From Candidatus Levyibacteriota bacterium (lineage in GTDB: Bacteria; Patescibacteriota; Microgenomatia; Levybacterales; GWA1-39-11): 64,000 nucleotides of DNA. Under the pieces are notes generated by a model, which was not told the origin of the DNA, did no database searches, and saw only the letters and a program-made list of their open reading frames with translations. This document shows, piece after piece, positions 59,844 to 64,000 of this stretch. The stretch spans positions 2,394 through 66,393 of the forward strand of contig DAIQMY010000002.1 of the NCBI GenBank assembly GCA_036788695.1, read 5' to 3'. The first letter of the stretch is position 1, and every line of letters starts with the position of its first letter. The translations under genes were made by a program, and so were the position numbers.

Positions 59844-60865
59844 AAAACAAAATAGTAAAATTAGAAAAAGTAGGTAAGATTAAAATCTATGAAGAAGATA
59901 TGCCTTCTCTTAAAGAAGGTGAGGTGTTGGTGGAGATTAAAGCCGTAGGAATTTGTGGTTCTGACATGCATTATTTTTTGCACGGTGGTTTAGGAAGCTT
60001 TAAGCAAAAAATGCCTATGGAAATGGGACATGAAGCAGCGGGAATAGTTATTGATTCATTTGATAAGAATATATTTAAGAAAGGAGATCGTGTTGCAATT
60101 GAACCAGGAAAACCATGTCTTGTCTGCGAATGGTGCTTAAAGGGGAAACACAATTTGTGCAAAAACGGAACATTCATGGGAGCAAATGCTAAAGGAGCAC
60201 TTGCGACATATGTGATTGTTCATCAAATTCAACTAGAAAAAATGCCTAAGAGTATGTCATTCGAAGTTGGTGCTCTTATGGAGCCGTTAGGAGTAGGTCT
60301 CCACGCAGTAAATTTGGTAAATCCTAAAAGTACAAAAAATGCAGCAATTATAGGTGCTGGTCCAATTGGTCTTTCAGTACTTTTTATCTTAAAGAAAATG
60401 GGATTTTCTCAGATATATATGGTAGATAAATTGCCATATCGTGTAAAATTTGCAAAGAAAATGGGAGCAACTAAAACGTTTCTTTTTAAAGAAGCTTTGC
60501 AAAAAATAAAAAATATAACAAATGGAGATGGAACAACATACGTATTTGATACAGGCGGAGCGCAAGATTCAGTAAATTTATGTGTTGACATAGTTAAAAC
60601 ATCAGGAACAATTGCACTTGTAGGCATTCCAGATGTTGATTTTATAAATTACAATCCACACAAGTTACGAACAAAGGAAGTAACTATCAAAAATATAAGA
60701 AGGTCAAATCAAACACTAGGGGACTGTGTAAAAATGTTCTCAAATGATAAAAACTTAGAAAAACTGATAACACATACGTTTAGATTTGAAAAAGCACAAA
60801 ACGCATTTAATTTAGTGAGCAAGTACAAGGGGAAAGTTATAAAATGTGTCGTTGTTAGAGGATAG
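59840..60865 (+). CDS. Zn-dependent medium-chain dehydrogenase (threonine/sorbitol dehydrogenase-like)
   Basis: 'AVGICGSDMHYF', 'GHEAAGIV' and the 'CLVCEWCLKGKHNLC' structural-Zn Cys cluster, plus the Rossmann 'IIGAGPIGL'. Confidence 0.8.
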   Translation: MKNKIVKLEKVGKIKIYEEDMPSLKEGEVLVEIKAVGICGSDMHYFLHGGLGSFKQKMPMEMGHEAAGIVIDSFDKNIFKKGDRVAIEPGKPCLVCEWCLKGKHNLCKNGTFMGANAKGALATYVIVHQIQLEKMPKSMSFEVGALMEPLGVGLHAVNLVNPKSTKNAAIIGAGPIGLSVLFILKKMGFSQIYMVDKLPYRVKFAKKMGATKTFLFKEALQKIKNITNGDGTTYVFDTGGAQDSVNLCVDIVKTSGTIALVGIPDVDFINYNPHKLRTKEVTIKNIRRSNQTLGDCVKMFSNDKNLEKLITHTFRFEKAQNAFNLVSKYKGKVIKCVVVRG

Positions 60866-60886
60866 TAGGGATACTAGATCTTTGTA

Positions 60887-61897
60887 TTGAAGAAATATCC
60901 TAATACTGCTAATATTACTTCTATGAAAAAGTCAGTTGCAAAAAAAGCATTAGTTCTTGGAGCGGGTGGATTTATTGGATCTCATTTGGTTCATTTATTA
61001 AAGAAGAAAGGATACTTTGTTCGAGGTGTTGATTTGAAGTACCCAGAGTTTAGCAAAACAGTTGCTGATGATTTTGTGGTAGGCGACTTGCGAGACATAA
61101 ACTTTATGAGGAAAGTATTTGGTAAGTTTGATGAGGTATATCAGTTGGCTGCAGATATGGGGGGTGCAGGATACATATTTACTGGAAAGAATGATGCTGC
61201 AATAATGCGTAATTCTGCACAGATAAATTTAAATGCCCTTGAGTTAATGGTTGAAACCAAAGCAAAAAAGATTTTCTATTCATCTTCTGCATGTATTTAT
61301 CCTGAATACAACCAAAAAAGCCCTATTGATCCAAAAACCTCTGAAGATTCAGCTTATCCCGCTGCCCCAGATAGTGAATACGGATGGGAGAAACTATTTA
61401 GTGAAAGGATGTTTCTTGCGTATCACAGAAATTATGGTATTAAAGTTAGAATTGCAAGATTCCACAATATATTTGGCCCTGAAGGGGTATGGAGAGGTGG
61501 TAAGGAAAAGTCCCCAGCTGCAATTTGCAGGAAAGTAGCAGAAACTCCAAATGGGGGTACGATCGAAATATGGGGAGACGGAAAACAAACGCGATCTTTT
61601 CTTTACATAGACGAGTGTTTAAAGGGGATTCGTCGGCTGATGGATAGTAATTTTGTAGGACCGGTAAATATAGGTTCTGAGGAGATGATTTCCATAAATG
61701 ATCTTGCTCTGATGGTTATGGGGATTGCAGGGAAGAAGTTGAAGATGAAACATATAAAAGGCCCCCTGGGCGTAAGAGGTCGAAAGTCAGACAATGAATT
61801 AATCCGCAAAAAGTTAAGATGGGAACCTTCTATGCCTCTAAAGGATGGGATAGTTAAAACATATGCATGGATTTCAACACAAGTAAATAAAAAATAG
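60887..61897 (+). CDS. gme: GDP-mannose 3,5-epimerase (GME) homolog
   Basis: Blocks match plant GME closely by eye: 'LAADMGGAGYI', 'SSSACIYPEY', 'SAYPAAPDSEYGWEKL', 'RIARFHNIFGPEGVWRGGKEKSPAAICRK', 'IWGDGKQTRSFLYIDEC', 'PVNIGSEEMISIN' and 'GVRGRKSDNELIRKKLRWEP'. The start may be ATG 60923. Confidence 0.85.
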   Translation: MKKYPNTANITSMKKSVAKKALVLGAGGFIGSHLVHLLKKKGYFVRGVDLKYPEFSKTVADDFVVGDLRDINFMRKVFGKFDEVYQLAADMGGAGYIFTGKNDAAIMRNSAQINLNALELMVETKAKKIFYSSSACIYPEYNQKSPIDPKTSEDSAYPAAPDSEYGWEKLFSERMFLAYHRNYGIKVRIARFHNIFGPEGVWRGGKEKSPAAICRKVAETPNGGTIEIWGDGKQTRSFLYIDECLKGIRRLMDSNFVGPVNIGSEEMISINDLALMVMGIAGKKLKMKHIKGPLGVRGRKSDNELIRKKLRWEPSMPLKDGIVKTYAWISTQVNKK

Positions 61898-62829
61898 TGA
61901 TTAAAGCAATTGTTACCACAACTATAAACCCTCCCAGTGAAGCTCTTAAACTTTTTTCCGAAAAAAAAGATTGGAGTTTAATTATCATAGGAGACAAAAT
62001 TACCCCACACAATCTTTTTAGGAATTTTGAAAAAAAATGCAAGAATGTGCGATATTTATCTCCTGAAGATCAAGATAAAAAATATCCAAAACTGAGTAAG
62101 GCAATTGGATGGAGGAAGATACAGAGAAGAAACATTGGGTATTTAGAGGCGTATGAGATGAAGGCAGATGTTATTGCGACAGTAGATGACGATAATATTC
62201 CTTTGTTGGATTGGGGTAAAAATCTTTTTTTAGATAAAGAAGTTTTAGTAAATTATTACAAGACACGTCTGAGTTCATTTGATCCGGTTGGAGTAACTAA
62301 TTATCCGAACCTATGGCATAGAGGCTACCCCCTCCAGTTAATAACAAAAAGGGACTATTCAAATAAAATAAAAAAACATATAAAAGCAGCTATTCAGGCA
62401 GATTTCTGGAATGGTGATCCAGATATTGATGCTGTTTGCAGGTTAACTTTTGCACCTGATTGTCTGTTTCAGAATAAATATTTCCCTATATCTTCCAACA
62501 AAATTTCACCCTTTAACTCTCAAAACACATTTCTCACTAGGGAGGTTTTAAAGCACTATTTTCTGTACCCAGATATTGGAAGAATGGATGATATTTGGGC
62601 ATCTTTTTATGTTCAGTCATTAGGTTTTAAAATAGTGTATGGTAAGCCAAGTGTTACGCAGTTAAGAAACATTCACGATCTTACAAAGGATATGAGAGCC
62701 GAGTATATTGGGTATGAAAAGAATCAAGAGCTGGTAGAAGCGTTATCAAAAAACCCTGATGCGATATATGACTATCTTCCAAAGAGTGCAATAAATGCGT
62801 TTAAAATCTATTTACGGTATTTTAAGTGA
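61897..62829 (+). CDS. Putative GT-A-like glycosyltransferase with a DDD motif (RGP/GT75- or DUF288-like); uncertain
   Basis: 'IVTTTINPPSE' and 'VIATVDDDNIPLLDW' resemble the 'IFTIDDDCFV' of reversibly glycosylated polypeptide / UDP-arabinopyranose mutase and DUF288 proteins. The GTG start overlaps the GME stop by 1 nt. Confidence 0.35.
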   Translation: MIKAIVTTTINPPSEALKLFSEKKDWSLIIIGDKITPHNLFRNFEKKCKNVRYLSPEDQDKKYPKLSKAIGWRKIQRRNIGYLEAYEMKADVIATVDDDNIPLLDWGKNLFLDKEVLVNYYKTRLSSFDPVGVTNYPNLWHRGYPLQLITKRDYSNKIKKHIKAAIQADFWNGDPDIDAVCRLTFAPDCLFQNKYFPISSNKISPFNSQNTFLTREVLKHYFLYPDIGRMDDIWASFYVQSLGFKIVYGKPSVTQLRNIHDLTKDMRAEYIGYEKNQELVEALSKNPDAIYDYLPKSAINAFKIYLRYFK

Positions 62830-62835
62830 AAACTC

Positions 62836-63546
62836 ATGAGGAAACAGAAAATTCTAGAAATAGGGTGTGGTCAGGGATTTAATACTTATATATTATCAAA
62901 AAATAAACTAAACACGGTGACTGGAATTGATTTGTCAACTGTGGATATTAAAATAGCAAGACAAAGATATCCGGGGATAGATTTTAAAAAGATGAATGCT
63001 GAAAGACTTGTATTTAAAAGAGATGCATTTGACGTTGTGATAGCGCTGCAAATTCTTGAGCATGTAGACAATTTAGATAAAGTCTTAGATGAAATTGTGC
63101 GTGTATTGAAATTTAAAGGTAGATTGGTGGCTAGTATTCCCTTTTATACATCAGAGAAGTGGCTTCTTCGCGTGAGGCCAACTTACTTTAAAGAAATTCA
63201 TCATGTCAGAATTTTTAAAAAAAATGAGCTAGAGAGAATTTGTCAATATAAAGGGTTAGCTCTAGTCAAAAAGAAAAGAGTAGGATTTTTACAGCACATA
63301 GAATTATACCTGTTGTTTAAGCGAAAAATTAACTCAAACAATCAGACAAGTATTGGAAGTTGGAGAGATACATTCTGGACTAAGACAGTTCACGCGATAA
63401 TGCTTTTTTTTGATCCTATTTGCTTGCAGACCCCACTGAAGTATTTTCCATTATGGATTATAGCAATTCCATTCGGGTTTATGATAAATTTTGCAGGCAA
63501 TATATTTTTTCCTAAGTCACTTGATTATGAATTCATTAAAAAATAA
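62836..63546 (+). CDS. Class I SAM-dependent methyltransferase
   Basis: 'ILEIGCGQGFNTYIL' (motif I) and 'FDVVIALQILEHVDN'. Confidence 0.7.
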   Translation: MRKQKILEIGCGQGFNTYILSKNKLNTVTGIDLSTVDIKIARQRYPGIDFKKMNAERLVFKRDAFDVVIALQILEHVDNLDKVLDEIVRVLKFKGRLVASIPFYTSEKWLLRVRPTYFKEIHHVRIFKKNELERICQYKGLALVKKKRVGFLQHIELYLLFKRKINSNNQTSIGSWRDTFWTKTVHAIMLFFDPICLQTPLKYFPLWIIAIPFGFMINFAGNIFFPKSLDYEFIKK

Positions 63547-64000
63547 GAACAGAGTATCCGTTGTGATTGTAAATTGGAATGGAAGGAAATGGCTTAAGAA
63601 ATGTCTTAGTTCGCTTTCAAATCAGTCATATAAAAATGTGGAGATTTTAATTGTTGATAACGCCTCTTCTGATGATTCTGTAGGCTATATGAGAAAGTAT
63701 TTTCCAGATGTAAAAATTATACAAAATAAAGCAAATCTGGGTTACCCAAAAGCAGTAAATATTGGGATAAGAAAAAGTAGCGGTGAGTATTTATTATTAA
63801 TTAATAACGATGCATGGGTAGATAAAAAATTTATTGAGAATTTATTTAATTTTTATAATAGCAATTCTTATTCAGTTATTTCTCCTATCTCAAGAAGATA
63901 TAACGGGAAAGCAGCAGGTAATATGTTACCAAGTATTGATCCCACAGGGACGCCTGCATATTTTTTCCCAATAACAAAAAGAAATAAATTATTTTTCTTA
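63527..64000 (+). CDS. GT2 glycosyltransferase, 3'-truncated at the window end
   Basis: It is not in the ORF track because it has no stop in the window. The ATG at 63527 reads 'MNSLKNKNRVSVVIVNWNGRKWLKKCLSSLSNQSYKNVEILIVDNASSDDS...LLLINNDAW'. It overlaps the upstream gene by 20 nt. Confidence 0.7.
   Translation, partial: MNSLKNKNRVSVVIVNWNGRKWLKKCLSSLSNQSYKNVEILIVDNASSDDSVGYMRKYFPDVKIIQNKANLGYPKAVNIGIRKSSGEYLLLINNDAWVDKKFIENLFNFYNSNSYSVISPISRRYNGKAAGNMLPSIDPTGTPAYFFPITKRNKLFFL

Noticed and set aside
60866-60922. Inverted repeat GGATA...TATCC overlapping the start region of the GME gene
   Set aside because: The stem is 5 bp with a 23-nt loop, which is not stable. It is most likely chance in AT-rich DNA.
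1-64000. CRISPR array, toxin-antitoxin, restriction-modification or other defence island
   Set aside because: There are no short regularly spaced direct repeats and no nuclease, helicase, ATPase or methylase-REase pairs. The two methyltransferases are small-molecule Methyltransf_11-type, not DNA MTases. Every ORF is explained by glycan biosynthesis.
1-64000. Mobile elements, integrases or phage genes that would account for the paralog expansion
   Set aside because: There is no transposase or integrase ORF and no terminal inverted repeats or att-like duplications. The paralogs are diverged at protein level, so these are old duplications and not recent IS-mediated copies.

Overview
This window is AT-rich (roughly one-third GC by eye) and almost entirely coding. 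I count 53 genes, 51 of them on the + strand. Most are packed with 1-40 nt start/stop overlaps (ATGA, GTGA, taGTG), which suggests translational coupling. I found no rRNA, tRNA, CRISPR, IS element or phage genes.

The whole 64 kb is one extracytoplasmic glycosylation and glycan-assembly super-locus. It holds about 24 polytopic GT-C-type membrane glycosyltransferases that I can sort by eye into at least 8 paralog families:
- six PMT_2/GT39-like genes with a 'DE(A/V)..GYNAYS' loop
- four PTPS-related-like genes with an 'HDG...YVRG' motif
- three YfhO-like genes
- two GT87/DUF2029-like genes
- two short 'HPPLGKY' PMT-like genes
- three members of an unassigned 'GRD...GPxWYY' family
- one ArnT-like gene, one PIG-V/GT76-like gene, one further DE-motif GT-C, and one 669-aa unknown membrane protein

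Interspersed with these are four DPM1/GtrB-like GT2 polyprenyl-phosphate-sugar synthases, which are the expected lipid-sugar donors for GT-C enzymes. There are also two Wzx/MOP flippases, about nine soluble GT2 and four GT4 transferases, and two SAM methyltransferases. A sugar-nucleotide branch includes GalE, a CDP-glucose-4,6-dehydratase-like SDR, a NeuD-family N-acetyltransferase, a DegT aminotransferase, a Zn-dependent MDR dehydrogenase and a very clear GDP-mannose-3,5-epimerase (GME) homolog.

The gene content resembles Candidate Phyla Radiation (Patescibacteria/Microgenomates-like) genomes, but that placement is an inference. I saw no known defence system. The novelty is the scale, repetitive modularity and L-sugar/amino-sugar chemistry of this GT-C locus. 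All family assignments come from motif recognition by eye and need HMM or structure confirmation.
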